Assembly (NCBI GenBank): GCA_934660865.1
Contig: CAKUIA010000001.1
Location: 1-32,000 of the forward strand
Length of the DNA: 32,000 nt
Direction: 5' to 3'
Source: an uncultured Opitutales bacterium
GTDB lineage: Bacteria; Verrucomicrobiota; Verrucomicrobiia; Opitutales; Intestinicryptomonadaceae
The stretch's first letter is position 1. Each line of letters starts with the position of its first letter. A model generated the notes under the pieces. It did no database searches. It had not been told where the DNA came from and saw only the letters and a list, made by a program, of their open reading frames with translations. Shown here one piece after another: positions 31,441 to 32,000 of the stretch. The translations under genes were made by a program, and so were the position numbers.

Positions 31441-32000
31441 TTACAGGAAATACCCGCGCTGTTTTTCGGAAATCGGTATGCCCAGCTCTTCCATAACAAG
31501 CATCATATCCTCCCAAACGGTGCGCTTTGTTTTGGGTGTTGCATATTGCAATAGATACGACGGGTGGTAGGTAATCATCAACTTTCTGTCCATATAATTA
31601 TGCCACCTGCCGCGAACTGCCCCCAAACTTTTTACATTATTTGCCCCCAATAGCCCAACGGCCGCGGTTTTGCCCAATGCCACAATAACCTTGGGGTTTA
31701 CAATTTCTATTTGCGCCTTTAAAAACGGCAGGCAATAGGCCATTTCAACTTCGTCGGGGGGTCTGTTGCCCGTAAGAGTGGGCAACTCGGGGCGCCAATT
31801 CATTATATTGCCAATGTAAACGTCTTTGCGGTCCAGCCCCATTGCCTTTATTATTTTAGTAAGCAGCTGCCCCGCCCTGCCTACAAAAGGCTCGCCCTGC
31901 GTTTCTTCGTCGGCCCCGGGGGCTTCGCCGCAGAAAAATACGGGAGAATCTATAGACCCAACGCCGAAAACCAGATTTTTGCCCTCGTGCACGTGCTCCA
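31441..32000 (-). CDS. Family-4 uracil-DNA glycosylase, probably 5'-truncated by the window edge
   Basis: ...VFGVGSIDSPVFFCGEAPGADEETQGEPFVGRAGQLL... carries the GE(A/G)PG motif, and ...MITYHPSYLL... the HPS motif. The ORF-track start at 31992 is a GTG only 8 nt from the window end. The frame remains open, so the true start may lie outside the window. Confidence 0.8.
   Translation of the reverse strand, partial: EHVHEGKNLVFGVGSIDSPVFFCGEAPGADEETQGEPFVGRAGQLLTKIIKAMGLDRKDVYIGNIMNWRPELPTLTGNRPPDEVEMAYCLPFLKAQIEIVNPKVIVALGKTAAVGLLGANNVKSLGAVRGRWHNYMDRKLMITYHPSYLLQYATPKTKRTVWEDMMLVMEELGIPISEKQRGYFL

Overview
This 32-kb chromosomal window comes from a diderm, probably anaerobic bacterium; I cannot assign a taxon by eye. 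Supporting gene content: class III ribonucleotide reductase, Tat/Fe-S proteins, an outer-membrane beta-barrel, lipoproteins and GspE/GspF-type secretion genes. Coding density is high and I support about 30 CDS, 2 tRNAs and several clear intrinsic terminators.

Layout, left to right:
(1) A truncated tyrosine-recombinase 3' end.
(2) A long minus-strand array (417-10073): NapH/NapG-like polyferredoxin, then a Tat-signal aldo-keto reductase with Fe-S motifs and a TM1506/DUF1893-like tail, then larC-larE-larB (nickel-pincer cofactor synthesis), then cbiM(N)-cbiQ-cbiO (Ni/Co ECF importer), then an AraC-family regulator. No LarA is present in the window.
(3) An orphan glycosyltransferase-like gene, a GH13 lipoprotein and an OMP.
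(4) nrdD-nrdG with a long structured upstream region, then tRNA-Tyr and tRNA-Leu.
(5) A higBA toxin-antitoxin cassette bracketed by 110-bp direct repeats.
(6) A secreted metallophosphoesterase.
(7) A roughly 8.6-kb co-directional minus-strand array: hypothetical-def-coaE-rho-gspE-gspE-gspF. Its Rho carries a roughly 310-aa N-terminal extension with an AT-hook, an acidic tract and an N/Q-rich prion-like tract.
(8) Two hypothetical genes, an M23 peptidase and a truncated family-4 uracil-DNA glycosylase.

The best candidate for something undescribed is the lar/Ni-import module joined to the periplasmic-type Fe-S reductase pair. The repeat-flanked higBA insertion and the unusual Rho are also worth a second look. 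All homology statements rest on motif recognition by eye and need HMM/BLAST confirmation.
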